Part shown: positions 1 to 11,740 of the stretch, one piece after another
How positions within the stretch are numbered: the stretch's first letter is position 1
Layout of the letters: each line of letters begins with the position of its first letter
Assembly: GCA_977017645.1 (NCBI GenBank)
Contig: OZ360229.1
Location: 47,926,001 to 47,990,000, forward strand
Length of the DNA stretch: 64,000 nucleotides
Reading direction: 5' to 3'
From: Torpedo marmorata
Lineage: Eukaryota
Notes under the pieces: model-generated
The model's database searches: none
What the model was told of the DNA's origin: nothing
The model's input: the letters and a program-made list of their open reading frames with translations, nothing else
Program-made: the position numbers and the translations under genes

Positions 1-151
1 CCCGGTTCCGATACCTGGTTTCCATGGGCCAGTCTCCAACAGCCCGCAGGCTGTGTTGGTCCTTCGACCTCAAGTCTCCAGCAGCCTGTGGAGGTTCCTC
101 AGTCGCTTAGCCCCTCTCTGGTCCACTGTCGTGGTCACCGTCCTGTAGGGT
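1..151 (-). mobile_element. Partial, diverged copy of the GC-rich non-autonomous element with Rex1-type tail
   Basis: CCCGGTTCCGATACCTGGT and following sequence align to 17678-17890; cut by the window edge. Confidence 0.75.
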
Positions 152-778
152 CTCTTAAAAGTTTCTATTGTACCTGCTTCCCCCACCATTGCTGGCAGCG
201 CATTCCATGCACCCACCACTCTCTGTGTGAAGAACTTACTTCTTACATCCCTCCTGTACTTCCTCCCAAGAACCTTGAAACTATGCCCCTTGTTTTAGCC
301 ATTTCAGCCCTGTGGAAAAAGCCTCTGGCCATCCACACGATCAATGACACTCATCATCTTGCACACCTCTGTCAGGTCATCCCTCATCCTCTGTCATTCC
401 AAGGAGAAGAGACCAAGTTCACCCAACCTATCCTCATAAGAGATGCTCTCCAATTCAGGCAACATCCTTCATAAATCTCCTCTGCACCCTCTCGATTGCA
501 TCCACATCTTTCCTGTAATGAGGTGACTAGAACTGAACTCAGTGTTCCAAGTGGGGTCTAACCAAGTTCTCATATAGCTGTAACATTACCTCACTGCTCT
601 TGAACTCGATTCCACGGTTAATGAAGACCAACACATCATACTCCTCCTCAACAACACTATCAACCTGTGCAATAGCTTTGTGTCTTATGGACACAGAACC
701 CAAGATATCTCAGTTCATCCACACTGCTCAGACTTCTCCCATTAACATTGTATTCCACCTTCACATTTCACCTTGTGA
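152..778 (-). mobile_element. CR1-clade LINE 3' fragment
   Basis: Typical CR1 ORF2 C-terminal DNA (AAATCTCCTCTGCACCCTCTC, CATTCCATGCACCCACCACTCTCTG); homologous to 24178-24737. Confidence 0.85.
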
Positions 779-1364
779 AATGACAGCATCCAACTATATT
801 TTTCCATCACCTCTCTTACTCGCTCTATGTTTCTGCTTGCTAATATTAAATAATGAATATAAATTCCAAATGAAGAAAAATAAACAAATCTTCCACTATT
901 CATGTCAAGAAGATGAACATGGAAAAGAGCATTTGGCAGTATATAATCTTTGAGAAGGCTTATGTGATATCATTTTTAAACTGCATGAACATTCCATCAG
1001 TTCAGAGCAATTTAACAAATATTATGGCTTGAATTAAATGCAATAAAAATAGAGTATTTTAAACAACTAGTTTCACTATAAATTTAGCATTCAACTATAA
1101 AATCCTATCAATTTAGATTGGATTTTATAATTTTAGATGGCACAGTGTTTTAATGCCCTAAGCTTAGTTTAAAACCAGTTGGGCTGCCTACACGAGCTGA
1201 ACAGACTCATGGACTCATCTTTTCATTCATGCCAAGAAGAAAAAAAATATCTTCACCTTGGTCTGTGCATTGCAGTGCAGTCTGCAGAATTCAAGACAAG
1301 AAATTAGGTCATTGCTACAATGCAGTTAAACAAGAAAGTCTGCAGTCACTGTGATTGTAGTTCA

Positions 1365-1505
1365 ACACACAAAAGTGCTGGAGGAACTCAGTAGATTTTG
1401 CACTGTCCATCGAAGGCAAAGATATGTAACCAACGTTTCGGGCCTGAACCCTTTGTCAAGGTATGAGCAAAAAGCATGCAGGCGCCTGAATAATATGGTA
1501 GGGGG
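1365..1505 (-). mobile_element. Penelope-derived short repeat with hammerhead-like core
   Basis: GTGCTGGAGGAACTCAG head; minus strand reads TTGACAA-A-GGGTTCAGGCCC-GAAACGTT. Confidence 0.6.
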
Positions 1506-1791
1506 AGGTGAGTTTGCTTCAGGTCAAACTGGAGGAAAGTGAACCAAGGCCAATGGTTTTATTTGAGTCGTTGCAGTGTGCCATTGTTTGGAATCGGGTC
1601 CTGAATTGTATGTTTGTCCCAAAGCAGTACAACTCCAAACCTGCCACGCTGTTATAAATTAAATGAAAAGTTCTATCAAATGCCTTTGAAACCTTAGCTT
1701 CCATGTCACAAAACATATAAAAATATTACTGAATATTCCCATATGTTTGCAGCACTGCAACTAACAAGGTCCTAAGCAAGCAGCTTATGAG

Positions 1792-2012
1792 TTCAAGATT
1801 CAAGATTCAATTGATTGTCATAGTAATAAGACAGTGTCATATTCCATGAAATTTCTTTTTGCCTGCTGCAAGGCAGACAGATTCGCCACTGGCAGAAATT
1901 GCCTAAGTGCCTCTAACATTCCTTACAGTCAGAGAAAGAGAAGCAAAAGAGAGTCCCCCCAGAGTCACCGCATGTATGTAGATTCGCCTCCAGCGTTTCC
2001 GCAGCCTCCGAG
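1792..2012 (-). mobile_element. 5'-truncated copy of the GC-rich non-autonomous element
   Basis: (TTCAAGA)n tail plus ~200 bp near-identical to 17375-17590. Confidence 0.85.
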
Positions 2013-2124
2013 TTCAGCTCAATCTTAGAAAGCCAGGAACTGTATACCCAAGGGGACAATGGTGACCTTCCATATCCCTTTCACCATATCTCAAATACTT
2101 TAGACCACAGGTCATAGTTGTAGA

Positions 2125-3705
2125 AATGTGGTGGATAGTTGATGTACACCAAGCTTTTGCAAACAAAGTGATAACATACTGTTAGTCTGGTTAAGTGATG
2201 TTGATTGCAGGATAAATATTGCCCAGAAAATTGTTCAAGACAGCCATCATCATCACCACCCAAGAGGGCGACAATAACAGGCCTCAATGACTGTGGCATT
2301 GACCTCCACCATTATGAAATACTTCGAGCATCTGGTGATGGAACACATTAAAGCACACCTCCCAGATACACTGGGCCCATTTCAATTTGCCAATAGAAGA
2401 AACAATTCCACAGATGATGCTATAGCCTTGTCGCTTCACTCTGTCCTGACCCACCTGGAGAACAACGCCTCATACGCCCAGCTGCTATTCATTGACTTCA
2501 GCTTGGCGTTTAACACAATCACTCCCCAGAGGCTGGTGGAGAAGCTGTCCTCGTTGGGACTCAACACCCCTCTCTGTAACTGAATCCTGGACTTCCTAAC
2601 GGAAAGACCACAGTTTGTCCGGGTCGGTAGCAGAACGTCGAACACTGTCACACTTCAGGGCTGTGTGCTCAGCCCACTTCTGTTCACGCTACTGACACAT
2701 GACTGCATCGCCAGAGCCAGCTCCAACAGTGTCAACTAGTTTTCAGATAACACAACAGTAGTTGGCTTCATCACCAACAACAATAAGTCTCACTATAGAG
2801 AAGAGGTTGAAAATCTCGTGAAATGGTGCGGGAGTAACAACCCGAGTCTCAATGTGGACAAGACGAAGGAGATGATCGTGGACTTCAGGAGGACCAAGAA
2901 TGACTACCCTCCACTACACATCAACAACTCTGTTGTAGAGACAGTGGAGAGCACCAAGTTCCTTGGAGTTCACTTAACAAGTGACCTGTCGTGGACACCC
3001 AACATTTCCTCACTTGTCAGGAAGGTGCAGCAGCAACTGTATTTCCTGAGAAGACTGAAGTGGGCAAGGCACCATTATATCAACTTTCTATAGGAGCTCT
3101 ATCAACAGGGTCCTGGCCGGCTGCATCACAGAGTGGTACGGTTGCTTCAGAGAAATGGATCGGAGGTCAATCCACAGTGGCAGAGAGGATCAATGGAGTC
3201 TCCCTCCCCCCCCCCCCCCAATCGATGTGATCTACCAGGATCATTGACTCAAGAGGGCGTGCAAAGTCATTGAGGACCCCTTCCACCCTGCACACAGCAT
3301 CTTTCAGCTGCTCCCGTGGGGAAGAGATACAGAGCCAGCACCACCAGGCTGAGGAACAGCTTCTTCCCACGGGCAGTGAGAATGCTGAACGACCAAAGGA
3401 ACTGCTCACACTAACCATCCAAGACTCTCATATTCATGAAACAATATTGATTTATTTCTTGTGAAGATGAAATACTTGTCCTGCATATGTATTGTTTGTC
3501 TGTATATGCGTTATGTCTGGTTGTATTCTGCGTGTTTTGCACCAAGGACCGGAGAACGCTGTTTCGCCAGGTTGTACTTGTACAATCAAATGACAATAAA
3601 CTTGACTTGAATGTAATTCACCTGCTCTTCTTCATAATAGTGTCATTAGATCTGTGACATCTAATGTGTATATGGACCTCGGCTTAAACATGCTATCTAA
3701 AAGAT
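2125..3705 (-). mobile_element. Old Deu-domain SINE-like remnant in two halves (~2125-2235 and ~3615-3705), split by a Rex1 insertion
   Basis: GTGATGTTGATTGCAGGATAAATATTGCCCAG and CCTGCTCTTCTTCATAATAGTG...GGACCTCGGCTTAAACATG resemble contiguous Deu-domain sequence as recalled. Confidence 0.5.
2240..3610 (+). mobile_element. Rex1/Babar LINE, 5'-truncated and degenerate
   Basis: RT motifs [39 protein letters not shown]; ends TGACAATAAA(CTTGA)n. Confidence 0.9.
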
Positions 3706-5002
3706 GGATCATATCTGGGACATATCAGAAACTTGAACCAATGTTATAACAAATTAAATATATCTGTCAACGTTTGATGCTACTCACATTCAGCAAAAAT
3801 CACACTGAGGTAACAAAAATAAAAAAAATCATATTACATACAGAAAGAATTTTTTTTTAATTGTATTTAAACTCTTATTGGTAAGCATGGCAAAACTACA
3901 GTTCTGAAGAACATTTTACTGCAATCAGCAATGTCCTCTGCAAAATAGTGTCTGCTTTACAAGTGTAGCTATAGATCTCGGTGCATCTACTGTAATGTCT
4001 GGACAATTGCACAAATGAGATGACCCATCTATCCCACAAACCAGTCTAAAAATAGTCTGCAGAATATCAATTAGCTTTTAACTAATGAAAAATGTAATTA
4101 CAGCAATATGTGAGGCTACAAGTTCAATAATGATGCATTATAATATTAAAGTCAACTTAATATCCAACACACAACATGAATAGCAAAAGGTCATGGCATT
4201 GATTCAATAACTGCAGTAACGAGCGACAGTGCAGTCCATGTTTAAATCAAATATATGAAATATGTACATCCCATGTCGAACTGCAAATTATTCTGAAAAG
4301 ATGCAATCGAGCTGATCAACTTAATGAAAAATATTGAGTTCAACCTATGTCAGCTTTTTGTTAAAAGGACAAGAGTAAAATCTTTGCACCATCCTGTGGA
4401 GAACATGTGGGCAACTGAAGTTCATGCTGCAGCAAGTTGCTCATTCAATTGTCGTTTTTAAAGTTCTTAAGCATTAACTTGGTCACTTACAAGTTAAAGC
4501 TGTTGTCCAAGTTCAATTGATAATGAAGAGCAGCAGACCTGAAAATGTAAACCTCTTCTTCCAATATTTGTCAGCTAATTTGTAGATTTTCAGGCTGATA
4601 TTATTTATCTACACAATGCCAAACCATTGGATGTACCCACATTTTAGAGACCAATATCCTGGGATCATGTGCAGGTGAAACTTGAAAAAAACTAAGATCA
4701 ACTGAACTGTGATCTTATTGAAATTGTTTGGAGGAGGACATGACCCTTCTCAATAGCAAAACCAGCACCTTTACTGCATCTCAGTTCTCATTTTCAAATC
4801 ATGTCTTTCCAAAGCGTGGAGCAGAAGGGGAGCATCAAGGATCCTGATACCTTTTCCAACATCTCTCAACCAATTCTGTTAAAGTGATTCATCTAAGCAT
4901 GTAGGAACTCGCACCATAGAAGAGCCTGTAAAACTATCAAACGTGGAGTATCTCCAAAAGTCAAGAGTTCAAATGCTGTCCTCAATTCCATTTGTCATTC
5001 TT

Positions 5003-5908
5003 TTTTTAAAAATATTTTATTTAAATTTTTTAAAAATCACACATTACATAGTTTAAAATGCAAAATTATCAAATTACATGTGATACATTTTCAACCCCCT
5101 CCCTCCCTCCCTCCCCTCCCGAAAAGAAAGAAAGAAAGAAGAAAAAGATAAGGTAGGGAGAATGTCACTCTAAAAAGAACAACTATAAACTAATTTTATT
5201 GTGGAACACAGGTTTGCCAGTCACATCCAATATCCAGAGATCTTCAAATCCTTAAACCGACAGTTTTTATATATGGGCTCCATATTTTCAAAAATAAATG
5301 ATATTTATTACGTAAATTATAAGTAATTTTTTCCAAGTGGTATAGCTGAACGAAGTTCTGCATGCCACCTTTCTAACCCTAAATCTACATCAGATTTCCA
5401 TGTAATAGCAATGCATTTCTTAGAAACAGCTAAAGCAATACGTAAAAATTCTGTTTGATACATATTTAATTTCATCTTAACACTAATTCTTTTAATATCT
5501 CCAAACAAAAATATCATAGGATCCATTGGGAGTGTAATTCTTAATACTTTATCTAAAAACTTTTTAACTTTCAACCAAAAATCATATATCTTTGGACAAA
5601 ACCATGTAGAATGTACAAAAGAACCTTCCTCTCTATTACATCTAAAACATAAACCAGATAATGTCGGATTAAGTTTCTTTGATTTTTTAGGTGTTAAATA
5701 TAATTGATGAAAAAAATTATATTGCACTAATCTATATCTAACATTAATAATCTTCGTCATACTTTGTTTACATAATTCTTTCCAATGTTCTTCATCTATT
5801 GTTACATTCCAATCTGATTCCCAATTTAATCTTGATTTATGAATTCCTAGTTTAGGCATTTTCCTCTGTAACAATCTATACATTTGAGAAATAAATTTAT
5901 TTACACCC
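5003..5908 (-). mobile_element. L1-clade LINE 3' fragment (ORF2 C-terminus and 3'UTR)
   Basis: Zinc knuckle CFRC...H...C in ORF 5317-5919; 15-bp TSD CCATTTGTCATTCTT at 4988-5002 and 5909-5923; A-rich tail. Confidence 0.92.
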
Positions 5909-6939
5909 CCATTTGTCATTCTTGAAGCAATGCTGAGACATTATAACAAGCCCACACCAAAACCTTGCTCATGTTTTTTTTCATATGTACAGTTTATTTG
6001 GGAGGGATAACTCAGCCAAGTTTTACTGAGAGAGGCTGACATTTTATATCTAGCACATTTTTATAAATGTTCCAAACTTAATAGTCCAGAGCACTGCAGT
6101 AAATATTTTGACACAGCATTGCTTGCAACACTTGTATAATCAACTATTCCGAGCTATTTGATGAAATACATATTCTATCCCAGTCAGCATGAAAACACAA
6201 ATGCACATAGTAAGTTCATAACAGAAGACTTTTATTCTTTTGCTGCATTGATGCACTTTTATATTTATCTTGTATTGAAAATATTGATTTATTTTTGGAA
6301 CAGTACAGTTGCTAACTCCTGTTTTGCTGACCTCATTTTTTTTTGTATCATGGAGTCTCAATTATGTATGAACCGTTCAGAAATGTTCGACTGCCAGTCT
6401 CATTGGTGCACATGGCACCAAAATATTGAGCTGGAACAAAGAAGGTAATTGAGTCATATCCAGAAGGATAAACAGAAATGCATAATCAAAATAATACAAG
6501 CAACAACTATGTGGGAGATGAATGGCACCTCTTGTGATGTTTTGTCACAACCACATTCATCAGCAACCCTGATGAATGCTCAATATTACTAAACTAGCAA
6601 TATAGCACAGCTGGTTCTTTGCTTCATGCTTATATTTTGCATAGAATTTACACCACAGTTAAATAAATTTTGGTCCCAATTGTCTACAAGTATTAATGCT
6701 CTTTGCACATCTTCCTGATATTTTCAAACATGTATAATCAGTGATCTGGTGACATCTAAAATGTGAAAATTGAAATGAAGTGGCAGAAAAGTCATCAAAA
6801 CCTTTTGGTCCAGAATTTACCAATTCAAAGTTCATGTCTTTAGGTTTAAGACTGTCCAGAAGGAATATTGATGTGTTGTTCCTGAAGTTTATGTTTGGCC
6901 ACACTCTGACAACAGATGAGGATGAACAGATACAACTGT

Positions 6940-7770
6940 GAGGACATGTTCCGCCTAGTGGGGGAGAGCATTAGTCAATGGGGTCTGAACGGCTCTGTTC
7001 AAGAAAGAAGCCCTGAGGCCTTCCTGATGAGGAATGGATGTGTAAAGGATATGTAAAGAATATGTATCCATGGTGAAGATATGGCGGTGGGGGCTGGATA
7101 ATCGGAGTTCTTCAAAAGAGGTAGAGAGTGTGAGTGGTGACCTAGATGTAGATGGGATTGGGCTGGTCGAGGTAAGACAAGACGGTGTCGCGGTATGAGG
7201 AACTAAGTTAGGTGGGACAAGAGCAGGTAGAAATAATGGTTGTGCTAGGGCAGTTCTGTTTGTGAATGTTGGGTTGGAGATAGAAGCGGGCGGTGCAGGG
7301 TTGGGGAACTATCAGGTTGGAGGCAATGGAGGGGAGATAATCTGAAATGACAAGGTTCATGATGGTCTGGGAGATGGTACTAATTATGATTAGGGGGGGG
7401 TCTTGGTCGAGGAGTAAATATGAGTTGTCCAAGAGCTGACATCTGGTCTCAGCAATGTAGAGGTCAGTACGCCAGGCCACAACTGCATCTCCAGCTACGT
7501 GTTTGATGGTGAAGTTGGGGTTGGTACAGAGTGAGTGGAGAGAAGCATGTTCGGGGGGAGGGGGGTTTGAGGATACACAAGATAAGTGGGGTGGAGAAGT
7601 CCAAGCAGTTAATACCCCATGAGAAACTCAAGATAAAAAAGGTCAGGAGCAGGAAGTCCATCAGAGGGATGTGTCCAAGAGCAGGAGGACTATTGGAGAC
7701 GGGTGAAAGGATCATAGTGGAGGTGGGGGGGGGGGGGGGGGGGAGGTGGGATTCCTTAATGTTGGACTTT
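6940..7770 (-). mobile_element. Penelope-like element RT fragment
   Basis: AWRTDLYIAE...NLIVPQPCTARFYLQPNIHKQNCP..IISTCSCPT matches the PLE RT pattern PKIHK.D.PGRPIVS.C. Confidence 0.8.
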
Positions 7771-8524
7771 TAATCTGAATGAAAGAATGAATTTGAGAAT
7801 GATGAAAGCAAAAATTTCATTTTCAGTGCCAGAGAAATTGGTTGGCAGCAATTAAGACTTTTCATTGCATTGCCATGGTCACACAGACTTGAATGGAAAA
7901 CTCCCAATGTTCTGCATTTTTGGCCATATCATCAGCAGAATCGGCAGATCAATAGGTCTGAGGGGCAAGCCAAACAGTGACAAATCAATTTAATGCTGCA
8001 CATGGGAACGATGTTCTTTTTCAGACTCCTCCCCACCGTTAACTGTGCATCTGTACTTGCCTGAAGATGCTGTCCAATTTTCACACAAGGAATAGAGCCT
8101 CAATTATTTTAACAGTGGTGTACTGCCCCAACAATTGGCTCAGCCATCCTAGCTTTCACTTTGTGATTACCCTACTGTCAAGTTTCTGGATTTAGGTGGA
8201 TGAGGAAAGTGTTATCAGACTCAGCATTATACCTCCGAACTTTCATTAAAAGTGTTAACTTCGGCAGCTAATGTACACAATAACATGAGAAGCTATCTCA
8301 CAACATTTCCTCATGATCATTGGTTCTACTCAAAAGCATTTGGATTTATTTACTCAAATTTGTTCAATAAATAACATAAAGCACCACAACTGCTTGAAAA
8401 TTAAAGATTAAGCACAAGATGTCACTATCATAAACCCAAAGAGTAAAATAACCTTGTTTCAAATGTCTGATATACGAGTTGAGTTCAACTCAGTATACTC
8501 AGTTGAGGAAGTATATTAAATTAT

Positions 8525-9080
8525 TTAAAGCAGGCTGCATCTGGAGTATTGTGTGCAATTCGGATTGCCTTGTTGAAGGAAGGATTTGGAGGGTTGGAAA
8601 GGATACAGATTGGCCAGGATGCTGCCTGGATTGGAAGGTATGAAGGAATGGGGAGAGATTGGACAAACTTGGGTTTTATTCTCTGGAGCAGAAGAGGCTG
8701 AGGGAAGATTTGACAGAAGTTGATAAATTATGAGAGGCACTGATGGGGTAGACAATCAGAATCTTTTTCAAAGGGTAAAAATATTAAACCTGGAGGACAA
8801 GCTTTTGAGGTGAGAGGGGATAAATTTGAGGGAGATGTGCAGGGAAACTTTTTTTTTCCATACATAGAGTAGCAAGTGTCTGAAACAAGTTATCAATGGA
8901 AGTGCTGGAAGCAAAAATGATAGTAGTGTTTAAAAGGCTTCTATATAGATACATGCATATGTAAGGAGTGGAGAGATGTGAACCATGTACACGTAGAAAA
9001 AGATTTAGTTTAATTTGGCACCATGTTCTGCGCAGACAACGTGGGCCAAAATGTCTGTTCTTGTATTGTTCCATGTTCGA
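8525..9080 (+). mobile_element. CR1 LINE 3' fragment
   Basis: CTGGAGTATTGTGTGCAATT, GAAGAGGCTGAGGGAAGATTTGA; 3' tail GGGCCAAAATGTCTGTTCTTGTATTGTTC. Confidence 0.85.
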
Positions 9081-9234
9081 TGTATTTTAGGCTCTTTGTG
9101 AGCTTCTTGAATTAAAACTGAAAACAAATTCAAGAGTCTTGAAAATGCAACTCTTTGTCCCCCTGGGGACAGACTTTTGGTATTTAATTTAAGACAGTGA
9201 GAAGAATTATCCAAAGCATTTCATGCTGATTCAT

Positions 9235-9495
9235 GGGCAGCATGGTTAGCGTAGCGGTTAGCGCAATGCTATTACAGTGCTAAGTGACCCGGTCTCAAAT
9301 CTGGTGCTGTCTGTAAGGCGTTTGCACGTTCTCCCCATGTCTGCATGGGTTTCCTCTGGGTGTTGGGGTTTCCTCCTACCCTTCAAAACATGTGGGGGTT
9401 GTAGGTTAATTGGAGTATTTGGGCAGCTCGGGCTCGTGGGCCAGAAGGGCCTGTTACCGTGCTGTATGTCTAAATTTAAAATAAAATTTTAAAAA
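9235..9495 (+). mobile_element. tRNA-derived V-SINE (HE1-like), full length
   Basis: A-box-like TAGCGTAGCGGTT; V-domain GTTCTCCCCATGTCTGCATGGGTTTCC; CR1-like tail GAAGGGCCTGTTACCGTGCTGTATGTC followed by (TAAATT)n. Confidence 0.88.
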
Positions 9496-9904
9496 TTAAA
9501 TTTCATTATCCGAGAGGGGCCTACTTTTATTAAACCAGGACAATGGATCACATCAATCTGTGTCATGGTGAATGTAAACCAAACTTAAAAATATTGTATC
9601 TTTCGACTCTTTCTGATATTTGAATCCAAATTATACAAATCAACAGCAATATGATACTGCAGAAACTTCAGAACTATTGCTTTAAGCTCAGAAATATTTG
9701 CAGAATTTATTTTACTCCATTGTAGTTGTTGTGATAACCAGAAAGGAAACTCAACTTCTAACTGACTGAACTTGTAGTACAATAAATTTTTTCACTCTCA
9801 ATGTAAAATACTTTGGACTCATCTTGTGAGATCATGCAATGGCAAAATCCATTCTCTGAATGTTGACAGCAGACAAATAAATTAATTTGAGGTAGTTCAG
9901 CAAA

Positions 9905-10320
9905 GATTTAATGGACCGATTCCTGAACTGGTCAGGCAGTCCAATGAAGAAGGTTGGACAAGCAAAGTTTGCATCCACTAGAATTTAGAAGATTAAAATT
10001 GATAAGATCTTGACAGGAAGAATGTGGAAAAGATGTTTACACTTGTGGGATAATCTAAAAGTCAGGGTTGATTGTTGAAAATCAAGGAGTCACCTCTTAA
10101 AGGTAGAGGCGAGGCAAAATGCTCTCTGTCAGAGGGTTAAGGTTTTGGAACTCGCTCCCACAAAGGGTTGGAGAGGCAGAGTCTATGAATATTTTTAAGG
10201 CTGAGGTTGACAGACTCTTGGTAAACAAGGAAAAGACAGGTTAATATAGGGCGACAGGAATGCAGAGTTGAGATCTGCCATGCCTTAGTCAATATTGGAG
10301 CAAACTCAAGGAGCTTAATC
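9905..10320 (+). mobile_element. Old CR1 3' fragment
   Basis: Degenerate CR1 3' DNA (GAATTTAGAAGA...GGAACTCGCTCCCACAAAGG...ATTTTTAAGGCTGAGGTTGACAGA). Confidence 0.65.
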
Positions 10321-10458
10321 AGGTTCCTCACCATTTGTTGTTCTATTTTCAATCAAATCACCATCGTGAATTTGTCAGTGTTTCTATTCTTTCCATAGTA
10401 TATTTGTTCACTTCAGGAAAAACGGATTAGATTAGATTAGATTAGATTCAACTTTATT

Positions 10459-11740
10459 ATCAGAATCAGAATCAGAATTTATTGTCATGAACAAGTCATG
10501 AAATTCGGTGTTTTGCGGCAGCATCATAGTGCAATTAACATTCATATTAACCATCTTACGACATTACTACAAATAATTATAAACAATAGTGCACGAAAAG
10601 TAAGGCAGTGTCTTTGGTTCATTGATTATTCAGGAATCTGATGGCAGCGGGGAAGAAGCTGTCCTTGTGCCGTTGAGTGCTCGTCTTTAGGCTCCTGTAC
10701 CTTTTTCCCGATAGAAGCAGAGTGAAGAGGGCATGGCCTGGGTGGTGGGAGTCTTTGAGGATAGAGGCTGCTTTTTTAAGACACCGCCTCATGTAGATGT
10801 CCTCGATGGAGTGAAGTTTGGTGCCTGTGATGTCACAGGCCGAGTTAACAACCCTCTGGACTTTACTCTTGTCCTGGGAGTTGGCGCCTCGATACCAGGC
10901 AGTGATGCAACCAGCCAGAATGCTCTCCACGGTACACCTGTAGAAGTTTACGAGAGTCTTTGGTGACATACCGAATCTCCGCAGACACCTCACAAAGTAT
11001 AGCCGCTGACGAGCATTCTTTGTGATTGCATCGACATGGATGCTCCAGGACAGATCCTCGGAGATGTTGACACCCAGGAATTTGAAGTTCTTGACCCTCT
11101 CCACGACTGAGCCATCAATGAGGACTGGGTCGTGTTCCCCTGACTTCCTCCTGAAGTCCACAATCATCTCCTTGGTTTTGCTGACATTGAGCTCAAGGTT
11201 GTACGCTTCCTCATTGCCGTTTGTGATTCTGCCGACAACTGTGGTGTCATCGGCAAACTTGTAGATGGCATTGGAATTGTGGTTGGCCCCACAGTCATGG
11301 GTGTATAACGAGTAGAGCAGTGGACTAAGCACTCATCCTTGGGGTGCGCCTGTGTTGATAATCAGTGAGGAGGAGATGTTGTTTCCAATTCGTACTGACT
11401 GTGGTCTTCCGATGAGAAAGTCAAGGATCCAGTTGCAGAGGGGGGTACTGAGGCCTAGAGTTTGTAGCTTCTTGACCAGCACTGAGGGAATAATGGTATT
11501 GAAGGCCGAGCTGTAGTCGATGAAGAGCAGCTGTATGTATGAATTGCTGTTTTCGAGGTGATCCAGAGCTGAGTGGAGAGCCAGCGATATTGCATCTGCT
11601 GTGGAGCGATTGTGACGATAGGTGAATTGCAGTGGGTCCAGATCTTTGCTTAGGTACGTGTTAATTCTGGCCATGACCAGCCTCTCAAAGCATTTCATCA
11701 CAGTAGAAGTTAGTGCTACTGGGCGGTAGTCGTTGAGGCA
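10459..11740 (-). mobile_element. Rex1/Babar LINE with (TCTGAT)n tail, nested in the 3' end of another Rex1
   Basis: ORFs 11333-11776 and 10619-11332 carry [24 protein letters not shown]; frameshift and small internal deletion near 11200. Confidence 0.92.

Noticed and set aside
9235-9310. tRNA gene
   Set aside because: The A/B boxes belong to the tRNA-derived head of a V-SINE; no cloverleaf.
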